Assembly (NCBI GenBank): GCA_037447605.1
Contig: CM074810.1
Location: 1,646,880 to 1,710,879, forward strand
DNA length: 64,000 nucleotides
Direction: 5' to 3'
Origin: Zygnema circumcarinatum SAG 698-1b
Lineage: Eukaryota; Plantae; Zygnematophyceae
The position numbers and the translations under genes are program-made. This document shows positions 1-10,921 of the stretch, one piece after another. Position 1 is the stretch's first letter. The number at the start of each line of letters is the position of its first letter. Below the pieces are notes generated by a model. The model searched no databases and was not told the origin of the DNA. It saw nothing but the letters and a program-made list of their open reading frames with translations.

Positions 1-774
1 TCCAATAGGGAACAGCTGGTACTCAACACCGCCACCGACTTCAGCACACCTCGTCACACAGCACTTGCCAGACCTTTAGAAGTGCCTACTTATAGCTCTC
101 TCTGCCGAGATATCTATATAGCGAGGCGGCCGGACAGAGGGCTCTCTGGCTCCCTGCTGCTCCAAGACCTGGATGGGGCGGGCGGCTCCATGGCTTCCGG
201 ACAGCCATGGATTGGCCCAAACAGACGCCTCAAGGGGCTCCCAGGAGCCGCGGCGCGGCCTGGCCCCGTGCGCGCAAACAGGCCAATCAGAAGTGGCCCG
301 CACACGTGTAATCCCAATCAGCCAGTTTCTGCCCAATCCGATTCGTCCGCGGCACGCGCGAGGACCTTGACAGGGTATCGGCGTTGCAGATCTGCAGGGG
401 GCGGGCGAGTGCGAAGGGCCGCGGCGCGCAGGGAGAAAAGGGGAGGGGTGCACGCCACGTGCACCAATCAGGGCGCGGAACGACACGCGCCGGACCAATC
501 AGAGCTCGTTTGTCGCACGTGCGAATGGCCCTGGAGCCTCGACTTAATGGAAAATCTAGGGGGGATCTGGAGAGTACGGCGCTCTGCACTTTTTGTTTTT
601 TAAAAGTACAAACCTGACAGGGAAGTGAGAGAAGCAGTTTGTAGTTTTCTGAAGACGACGTCATTAAATGGCGGTGTATGGCGTCGTATGTACGTCATTT
701 CCATCCTTCCGTACATTGAAGTATCTAAGGGTTACCGTCCAGCTCGATTCTACCATAACCGTGTTGAACTGAAA

Positions 775-1328
775 TTATCCCGCCCCTGTTTTTTAGAAAT
801 CCCACTCTCCCATTTTGGCTATTCCGCCCCCCCCCCTCCCATTTTGGCTATCCCCCCATTTTGGATATTTCGGGAGGCGATTCTGCTCATTCTCTCTCTC
901 GCTCCTTTGCTCTCTCCTGTGCTCTCTCCTCTAGTCTCTCTCTCCTCTGCTCTCTCTCTCTCCTCTGCTCTCACTCTGCTCTCTCTCTCTCTCTCTCTCT
1001 CCTCTATACTCTCTCTCCTCGGCTCTCACTCTGCTCTCTCTCTCTCCTCTGCACTCTCTCTCTCTCCTCTGCTCTCTCCTCTAGTCTCTCTCTCCTCTGT
1101 TCTCTCTCTCTCTCCTCTGTTTTCTCTCTCCTTCCCCTCTCTCTCTCTTCCCCTCTCTTCTCTGCTCTGCACTCTCTTTGCGAGTGTCTTTACGGACGTT
1201 GCGCTGATGTGTAAGAAGGACAAAACAAGGGGGGAATGTCCAAAGTAGGGGGCGGAATGTCGCAAAGAGGGAGGGGGCGGAATAGCCAAAATGGGAGAGT
1301 GGGATTTCAAAAAACAGGGGCGGGATAA
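775..1328. mobile_element. Non-autonomous foldback/MITE-like element with ~55-bp terminal inverted repeats around a CT microsatellite core
   Basis: 775-832 TTATCCCGCCCCTGTTTTTTAGAAATCCCACTCTCCCATTTTGGCTATTCCGCCCCC is the reverse complement of ~1273-1328 apart from one indel. A related right end (AAAACAGGGGCGGGATAACC...ATAGTTCTCC) recurs at ~9630-9705. Confidence 0.65.
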
Positions 1329-2195
1329 CCAAGGGGGGGGGTATATAGTTCTCCAAACTTAATTGTATTTGGCGTCATGTCACCTTGGACAGTTTGCATG
1401 CCATGGTGCCATGACCACACACATACATGAAATGAGACATGAGCCCACGCCCATGACTCCATGACTCCATGAGCTGATGTGATGGCATGGAGCCCCTGCG
1501 CGCGCATGTGCCGACCTACCCATGCATGATGCATGATGATGCATGATGCATGATGCATGATGATGCTTTACACTTTGCAGTATAGTAGTCATCCATCTCC
1601 CCCAACGAGCACATGTGTTCATGATGGCATGCATGATGCCGTGCCCCCTAATAGGCCATAGGCCATAGGCCATAGGTGCTTGTGACATGACATCCAAGCC
1701 AAACGAAACATTCAATCACGACCGCACGTTTTTTTTCCTTTTTTTTCCGTTATCATTTTCGAAATTCAAGTTAAACCTGCGACTGCCCTAGCCAGCATTG
1801 TACGTTTTCCACATTAACAAAAATCAAATGGCTTTACGAAAAAAACGGATGGACCAATAATAGCACGTTAGCACGTCATGCTTTCAAACCAGTGATGTCT
1901 GCTACAATTAAAGGGATTCATGCCAGATCCTTTTAAGAATCAGTACTGTACTACTGCAAGAAAGCATCCTTGAGGATGCAAACACAGGTACCATTATCCT
2001 TAATAAATTAAATTTAAAAAAAAATCATTAAATTCAGCCGTCCAATCAGCTGCTGCTTTCAGCTGACAGCACGAGTTTCTTCGCAGCTTCAACAATGGCT
2101 TCGCTATTGTCACAATTCTCCTTCACAGAATTGACCAGTGCTTCCCAAGCAAATCGTGACCGTAAATCCCTGCAACCCCTCACAGAAAGAATTGC

Positions 2196-3472
2196 TCAGA
2201 AATGGGATAAATCTGTTATACATTTTGAAGGTTCGCGGTTAACAATGGGGGTTAAAGGGGGTTTAAAAGAATTGGAAATACAGCAAACAGGGGGATATGT
2301 TCTAGGTCCCTCAAAGGGTAACCTGGTTTTCATGTGCCTTTTTATAGTCTCCTTTAAGCATTGGACAAGGATTAAGAGAAAGGCTAAAGAGTAAGAAAGA
2401 GAAAAGGAGAAGAGTAAGGCTGAAGAAGCTAACCTAGCTGAAGCTCGGAGTGCAGGATGGAAGTGCTCTCCCTCCACAATCTCATCAATGGTAAACCACC
2501 TGCAAACAGAACAAAGCAGAAAGCAATACTTCAACAAAAAGTGAATAAATAGCCTGCAAAGTAGCCAACGCATTCAAATCCGTCCTTCAAAACTTTCAGC
2601 AGATCTCAAACGACTTTCCTCCCTTATGCCACAAACTGCGCAAGCTTACCGCATATCGCTGTACTCCTTCTCGTCGAACTTGATGCTATCTACGACGGAT
2701 TTCTCCAAAACCAGAGTGAAAACCGCGGAGATATCACACGTCCCGTTGTCCATGGGCGGCTGTTGGCGGCGCGCCCATGCATAAGAGTGCACTCCGAGTG
2801 GTTTGAAGCTCTGAGGGGGGATGGCGAGGCCAAGCTCACGCTTCATGAGGCGGACGAGGGAGCTGCCAGGAGTGTCGCCAGGCTTCATGCGCCCACCCAT
2901 GAACCTGGGGAGGGGGAGGGNNNNNNNNNNGGAAGGGGGAGGGGAAGGGGTGAGTTGGGGGGAAGGGGGGAATGGAAGTTAGGGGATCAAAGGGAAACAA
3001 AAGGATCAAGTACGTGCGACTGGCCAGGAGGACGGCGAAAGGGAGAAGAGTACTGGCGTTCCATGTTCTTTTTAAGTAAAAAGAAAGCACGTCAGCCGAG
3101 ACTATATGCTCACGCTTTTGAGAAGATCAGCCAAAAAACGGATGAGGCAGGCGAAAGGCGAGTCCGGCAGGAGAAGAAAGAGCACTCATCACGAAAAAAA
3201 ATAACCGACTTGGGTAATTAAGAAATCAAATAAAAATTATGGTTCTACTTAAAGGAGGCTCCTTTCAGGCCTTACCACCAGTCGGGCTGCGGCTCCACAA
3301 TGCGCTTCCCGAGCAGGATCTGACACGTGTCAGCGTCTGAGTCGAGGATAAGCAGGTCTGTACAGGCCTTCACAAGACAGTCGAGCGCACGTCCGTACTC
3401 TCCATCCTCCAAAAACACGTTCTGGGGTTTGAAAGGCCCCGTCACAAAGTGAGGCAGCGACGGCTTGAACAT
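2196..3472 (-). CDS. Nudix hydrolase, GDP-mannose mannosyl hydrolase (Gmm/NudD)-like; 3 exons (3472-3276, 2904-2650, 2499-2196)
   Basis: Phase-compatible GT-AG introns join FLEDGEY...QILLGKRIVEPQPDWWFMGGRMKPGDTPGSSLVRLMKRELGL...DEKEYSDMRWFT. This matches the GDPMH pattern LLGKR..P...W..PGGR...RL...ELGL...D.RW. The C-terminal extent is uncertain. Confidence 0.8.
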
Positions 3473-3724
3473 GGCTGAACCCTAGACCCTGACCCCTGGA
3501 TCCTCAACTCTGAACCCTACGGAAAATGCAAACCCTAAAACTTTCTCTCTCTGCCGAGCTCCCTTTTTCGAGCTCTGGAAACCCTAAACGAGATCTGAGA
3601 CGTCCAAGCGCCACGTGGCTGCAGATCTGCGGAGATACAGCAGTAGGAGGAAGTGGGTGCAGGGAGAGGCCCCTTCAAAGAGCCGACGCCGACGGCTTTG
3701 GGTGGGCACCCTGGAAATCAGGGA

Positions 3725-3777
3725 CCAATCACGATCTGCCACGTGTAACGTTTGCTGACGTGACGTGCTGCGATTGG
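3725..3777. promoter_or_regulatory. Inverted pair of CCAAT-N10-CACG elements in the divergent Nudix / coiled-coil gene promoter
   Basis: CCAAT-cacgatctgc-CACG at 3725-3743 and CGTG-acgtgctgcg-ATTGG at 3759-3777. Confidence 0.5.
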
Positions 3778-4873
3778 GCCAGCCAAGACACAGGATCCTT
3801 TTTGACTTCCTCGTTGTGCACTCGTCGTTAAGGGCCAATGGCAGCGACCGGACCTGCTTTCGTACATTTTGTACTTCCATATTGTTGTTGAACATGTTAC
3901 TACGGTACCAGAACATGGGCACTCGTGCATGGCAGGCTTTCTCTAGAGTATGAATAGGAAAAGGAAATGCAAAAATGGAAAAAAAGATGTTTCTAGAGCC
4001 GTGTCATTGCGCATAGGAGCATGCATGGAGAGTGTCGTACATACCCATTCGTTCGTTTTGTATAAGTGACTTTTGACCGGTTTGCATTGGTTCTACATAT
4101 TGCCTTTTGGATTGCATCCGAGACTAATGACAATTCCAATAAACATTCAACATTCAACATTTCAAAACATCCACGGTGGACCAATCACAGACGGCCTCGG
4201 AACTACAGAAAATCCATGAGCGCAAGTTTGCTTCTAAGCCCCGCAACAACAACAAAAATCAAACGACAACATCAACAACAACAACAACAACAACAACAAC
4301 GACAAAAACAAAAACAAAAACAACAACAACAACACGGATGGGGATGGCCGGAGGGGCGCCCGCCCGGGCCCGGCCTGTACTTCGTACCTATGTACGGTAC
4401 AGTATGCGTGTCCCATACAGTACTGTACATTGCCGTACAGCGCCGTTATTTGTCCAGTCGTACGGACCGTGAGTGCGTGCCACGTGGCGCGCCGGCGAGC
4501 CGCGCTCCTCCTTCCTCGGAGAGAGCCGTTGGAGGGAGCTCACGGGCGCGGCTTCAAATGCGCCCGCAAGCAGGGAGGCTCCGCTACACAGCTCTCCCTC
4601 CCTCTCTCTCTTACTTTCTCTCTCTTCCCCTCTCGCTCTCTCTCTCTCTCTCTCTCTCTATCGCTCTCTCTCTCTCTCGCTCCCTCTCGCTCTCTTCCAT
4701 ATCCTGTCGAGTCCCGCGCTCTCCCTCTCACGCTTCACGCCGGCACGCTTTCTGCTTCCTGAACTCTTTTCTGCAGTGTTCAAACACAGCGGTTGAAAAC
4801 GTGGAGAGTACGCACCTTTGGCAGCGGATTGGGTCGTATGAAGAAGACGTGAAACGCTCAAGACTGTTGAGAC

Positions 4874-7800
4874 ATGGCTGATATTTTCAAGTCGATGTGT
4901 GAATTGCTTCGTCTATTTGCTGAAGCTGTCCTTACGAATACGCGGAGTTTTCTACACATGCATGCGCATCCGACACTGGTGAATGCGTTGGAGACCATCC
5001 TTTTGGGACCCATGGACTATTTAATTCTCAAAAAATCTTCTTCTTTGGAGGAGAATCAAGCAGATGAGATTCCCTCCCTGGAAGCTGTTTCAGACCAGGC
5101 TCAGGTTGGAAGTTCTGAGAGCTTCGCAAAAACTTCATGCAGATATCGTCGTTTTCCAGGAGGAGGACGTGGCAGTGAGCAGCTTGCAATGCAAGAGTTT
5201 GAAGAAGTGTTTGACAGTGTGGAACGTGCAAACCTGCAGCGTATAGAAAGTTCTAACCAAATACTGAGCAGGCCTGGGCAGCCAGAAAAAAGTTCAAGCG
5301 GAGAATATTTGGCAGGCGATGTATCTGCAAGTAGTGAATATGAAAAGGCGATGAGTGAGGGAGTTTATGGAAGTTATGCAGATTTTACAGAAAAACTGAA
5401 CAAGGTGCTCATACAGTTGGATCATGTAAAGTCTTCAATCATGGGTGAGGTGCATAATCGGATGGATTGGATGGAGAAGAAGCGCCTTGAAGCCCTTGAG
5501 AAAGCCGAACATGAACGCCAGCTTCGACAGGTGGCGGAAGATGGCGTAGCAGTAAGCTTCTTCTAACTCTATCCTGCTTGATATTTCGCCAACTCCCAGA
5601 GAAGTACTCCCCCTCCTTTCCTCTCCTCTCTCTCTCTCTGTCTCTCTATTCGATGAGTGCGAACAGAAGGAAGGCAGAAATGAGAAAGAGAAGAGAAGTA
5701 GGTTTTTGTGTGTGTGAGGAGGGTTATCACATTTTCGAGGACTCTTTTGGCATCCCATCTGCGTAGTTCATAATTATTCTTATCGATGGCTTTTTGCTCT
5801 TGCAGGCTTTACAGAGCAAGATGGATAAGATGCAATTTGAATTAGCCGAGGAGAAGGCTGCAGCACGAAATGTAGCCGATAAGGTACATTCTCGCGTCTC
5901 TCGTCTCTCTCTCTCTCTCCTCTCTCTGTCGCTCTCTCTCTCTCTTTCTCTCTCTTGGTAGTCTGTTTCAGAAAAAGAGGAAAAGACGATTGATAGGACC
6001 AACTAAAAACTCTTACTCTTGGCAGGCTAGCCTCTTCCCTCAATGATATATTGTGAAAAGTATGCAGATAACATACAGTATTTCTAGCCTCTTGTACTTA
6101 GTTCAGGAGATCTGGATTCATGCATAGCATGGTTTGGTATTATCCATTCCAAAACGTCCTCCAAAACCCCGTTGGATTTGAGCAGATTTTGGGAGTTTCT
6201 GCGGCGGAGTATCAAGCTCTTGAAGCTCTTCAAGAGGAGAAGAGTCGGCGAGAGCAGGCGGAGGCAGCCGTTCAACTTCTCGAGAATTGGCTCCGTGAAA
6301 GCTTCGGACATTGCCGCAATCTGCAAGAGTCTAAATGTTTCAAACAGCAGCAAGTACATATCAGCTACCTCTTGCTATTTGTTTGTTTTTTTCTCTCTGA
6401 TGCTTACGTCCACGAGGCATGCGTATGTTTCTATTTCAAAATGAGCTTTGAACTTGTTGGAAATGTAATGAAAACATCTTGACAATGATGATTCTGAAAC
6501 GGACTTGAATTTTAGTTAAAAAGAGTTAAACTCTCAGTCATTTCTTTCAAGTATACACCTGGGAGTTCAACTGCAAGCCAAGAAGTGCAATATCTGACGA
6601 GTGCGGTAATCCAAGGCTGGATTGTACTGCTGTACAATACTCTTCACTCAGACGGATAAGTGTTTGCTTTCTAATGTTAGAATGGGATGCATTGGAAGTG
6701 CAGATATCGGCATTATTGGCGGAGCGGAAGCATTGGTGGGGAGGGAACAGCGGTCCTTCAGAAGACATGGAACTCCACTCTCCAAACCATTCTCCAAATC
6801 TGGCAGGTATAAATCTGCAATCTGCTGGCAAGTTTGCTGTTTTAAGCGGTCTTTTGATTCGGATAGAAAATTCTGAAACGGTGGATCGAACAGAATGTGG
6901 AACCTTAGTGAGTGGGAAAAAGCAGTTCACCACTTACAGTAAGCAGGGAAAGTCAATAGACCGTATGAAATTGATTTTGAACTTGTGTCAAAATACTATT
7001 GCGACAGCATGTGACTGATTGTCTTTGCATCTTCTTTGTTGACTGCTCCTCCTTACAGCGAAACTGCGGAAACTTGCTGAATCCGGTCTTAATTGCGGAA
7101 TACCCCTCCAACTCGACTTCGCGATCGTATCGAACTCCAAGAAAGTGGAAAACTCACAAAGTCAAAAGCTCTTATCACCTCCAAAACGAGGTGATCTTTC
7201 GCCTTCCTCCTCTGATTCGGCTACATCTCCTCTCCTCTCTCCCGCAATCCCTCCTCAGACCAATTGGAGTCCTCTCGCACCCCAGAACACTCCATTGAAT
7301 TGGCAGGGCCCCCAATGCATGGCTGCCACGTGGAGGGGTCTCGTTGATCATGTTGCAAGACAGCAATGGCAAGTCTGTGGAAGCTCACCATATTTCGAAG
7401 TTGCTGATCCGGAGACCCCGGAATACTACAAAAAGAATGCCAAGAAGGTTAATTTCATGGAAGTAGAGGAGAATGTGTGGCCAACGCAAGGAAGGGAGGG
7501 GCAGGAAACTGAGTTGAACAATATGGTCCATTGTTCGGGATCATCCCTATCTCTTGTCCTCCTTGGAGGAGATAAATCCCCAGCAGCTAGTATTCAAGTT
7601 GAACCAAAAATTAGGGCTCAAAACTCCTCTGTTCGAAGTCTGCGACCTCCATTGGCTAACCGTCAGATTGAATGTGGTGGTCCTCCCACTCCTTTGTTCG
7701 CTACAATCGTTCCGAACGTTTCAAGTTCAAGATTTTCTCCGTTTTCAGCTTTGATTTTGGCTCCCACTTTGAACGTTCCGACGAAGGAAAGTTCCACGAA

Positions 7801-7945
7801 GGCTGCTTCTCCATTGGCTCCTCTTCAGATCAACTCAGCAGTGCGTATGAGGAGTGTGAAGGGAAGGAGTGGGTCGAAGGCTGTGGGAGCAGAGAACATT
7901 GAGCCCTCGGTGGTTCGAAGAATGCGATTCTCACTGGAAGATTAA
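4874..7945 (+). CDS. Multi-exon hypothetical protein with coiled-coil segments and a Ser/Pro-rich tail
   Basis: A 230-aa non-repetitive ORF ends at a GTAAG donor (~5551). In-frame exons follow at ~5806-5883 (ALQSKMDKMQFELAEEKAAARNVADK) and ~6187-6351 (EALQEEKSRREQAEAAVQLLENWL). Further ORFs lie at 6674-7018 and 7145-7945. No recognisable domain; the middle splice sites are unresolved. Confidence 0.55.
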
Positions 7946-9528
7946 CATCATTGATTAATTCTTTACATTTTTTCATCGTCAAAGCAGATGAGATGCTACT
8001 CGCATCGTCCTTGAGTTTCCGTCCTTGGGAAAGGACTAAGCCGTGAGTGCCAACCTTATTTTTTCAGAGCTTCATTTATTTACTTCAGTTGCGGGAAGGG
8101 GACTTTTACCATGTGTGAACGAAGCACCCTCCACTGTATTACAGCTTTGTGCATTCCGAGCGTTTCTTATGGTCCAAAACCAGAGAGAGAGCGAGAGAGA
8201 GAGAGAGGCCTTACGCTCCGACGATCTTCTATGCTGCATACAATCTGTTGACTGAATCCAGTGCAGGCATTTAGAGCGCTTCTAGGGAGCGAAAGGTTTT
8301 TAGCGAAACCCTAAAAACCCTAAAGTAGCAGCGAGAGAGAGAGGAGAGGGAGAAGGGAGGAGCGTGAGGAGCAACACACACTTTTGGTCGATCAATACTA
8401 TGTCATTCACAATAGGTCACCGTTTTACGAAAGTAATTTGGTCCTTTTTTTTCAAATTTTCAGCGGTCAAAATTTCAGGGTGACGGAAGGGAAGGGAACA
8501 GGGAATATTTTGTTCCTGTTGTATGTAGTTGTGTCACGCGGAGTCAATGTAATTTAGATTTTTATTTTCGAGGGCGTAGTAAGCTGTTTTCAAAGAAGAA
8601 ATAATAAGTGATAGGGTCCTCCTCTGAGCAGCCTCTCTCCCAGCGGCCTCTCTCTCTATACATCTTTCTCTCCCCCTCACGACAGTCTCCCTTCTCCATT
8701 CGTTCTCTCTCTTCCAATCTCTCCCTCTCCCCCCCTCCCCCCTCCCCCCTTCCCCCCTCTCTCGTGTCCTCTCACTCACGGAAAACAGCTTCACTCTTGT
8801 TGAGAGGGCATACCTCTTGATAGGAAAATACCAGCTTCAAGTTAGGTCTGCAGGACTGAACCAAGCGCAATGGAGGACGGCCCTAAACTTAGTGTCGGAG
8901 TGTTTACTCCTGTTTGACTTCTCTTTATTTGATGTGTGGAGATTTTTTTTGGAATATGTGACAACAGTCCGTTGGAGTCCAGGTGAAGTAGTGAACGCAG
9001 AGTGACAGCAGGGTTGGGTATGTGTGACCATTGATGTGGCCATCTTGTTTGACAACTCGGTAGAGTAGAATATGCTTAGATAGCTTAGCAGGCTCTTAAA
9101 AGGTACTCTCAGATGTGCCAGGCGGTGGTAGTGCAGAGTTGTAGTGTTTTTTCTGAAATGAATGACCTGCTGCTACGGCGGCTAGTCTTATTTTGAAACA
9201 GAGTGAAAAGCTTTTCCAGTATTGTTTTGTAGGCAATGGCTTGCTGGCGGGTGGTATGGAGTGACTGTGAAATATGCGAGCAGCGACGCATTCTTTTAGA
9301 CATCACTTCAGCTTCGCACTCTTTGAACCCCTTCAAAGAGTTCCCTCCTTCAGCATGGCATATGTGGCACCGTCGGAGATCAGGGCTAGAGAGAATGAAA
9401 CTGAATGAGGATTGCGTCCAGCATCTGTCTCCCCCCCTCCTGCCTCTCGCCCTCAGCCTCATGGCATGAAGCATGAGCCTGAAATTGCAAATAGGGTACG
9501 GCAGACACTATAGCGTGATTCAGAAAAA

Positions 9529-9574
<46 letters not shown>

Positions 9575-9584
9575 NNNNNNNNNN

Positions 9585-9628
<44 letters not shown>

Positions 9629-10921
9629 CAAGAAAACAGGGGCGGGATAACCGAAAAAGGGGGCGGGGGGAGGGGGAAGTACATAGTTCTCCGAAAACAA
9701 TGGCAAGTTCGGACGATATATCGCCAGCGATTCAGAAGCAGTACAGATACAAATAAGATATCGACACCACAATATACGCCAAGGCCGATATCGATATTGA
9801 TACATATTACGATATCAATATCCATACCAGCTACCGATACTGAACTATAGGGACAAGCGGACAAGACCAAGCCGCCCGGTTCGTACGGTTTTTCAGCTGG
9901 CAGGTTTACGTGGCTCCCCGTGATTGCTCATACTGACTGCTATCGATTGTCCGAGCAACACGTTTCACAATATTATTGGTTAATGTATTGTACAAAGTCA
10001 AGTTCCAACCTGAAAAGCCCATCCATCACAATAAGCGACAAAATACACATGTCGTATGGACTTGTTGTTTAGAAAACCAGGCCATAGGTTCGTACAAGCC
10101 TAGCTCCACCTGAATAAAACAACAAATTGAGTTGCTCGACGTTTTCAGTTCCGACAAGCCGACTGTTTCCGTAGCCGTACGCTACCTTACCGTACGAATT
10201 GTCCTATTTTTTCCTTTACCCGGCGATCGCGCTCCACGTCACTCCAGGAATGCCGAACTTCCTACGTGGTCTCCTCCGATTGGTTGAGGATATGCCACGT
10301 CACCTGCGTATTCCGTCTTCCACCACTCACAAGACGATTCCAGAAGTTTGTATGTGCCGATAGCGCGGTAGAAACACATGTTTTGTCGCTTCATGGATGG
10401 TTCGGAGAGGAAACTGGATCCAGGACAGCCAATCAGAGTTCGCCGGCGATTTGGACGGCTAACCGACAGGTCGGCCGTCGACCGTACACGGCGCCGGCTT
10501 CGTCCAGGACGGGACGGGGGCGTTGCCGGATGTCGACCGTTGCCGGTCAAAACTTGACGGCCGTCAATACCGTACAGTTGTTGATGCACAACAGACCTTG
10601 CTCATCGCATGACATGTATATTTGTTTTACAACTTGTGAGCTGAATTTCTTGGCTCGTTCATAATCCATTGACATTGTCTCATTCGTACCGAGATTCCTA
10701 CAGCATGGGAGAGACCTAGAAGCCTCCAAGAATGAACCCAAGGCTCCATTTGGATGCAAACCATGATCATGCTACATCGCGAGCCGCCTTGGACATTGTT
10801 CAATTTCGCTACTCGCTCTTGTGAGTGGTTCATCAAAGTATAGTTTGGAGTGAACCACATGTGAATTGTGGCATTTTTACTAGTCGAGCATGTATCCTTT
10901 CCCCTACAACATGAATAGCCA

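Noticed and set aside
76-617. Overlapping GC-rich ORFs at the window start
   Set aside because: They look like CCAAT/CACGTG-rich promoter DNA and have no protein motifs. Any associated gene lies outside the window.
2095-2394. 99-aa + strand ORF
   Set aside because: It is antisense to the Nudix 3' exon or UTR, has no motif, and has no supporting promoter or splice context.
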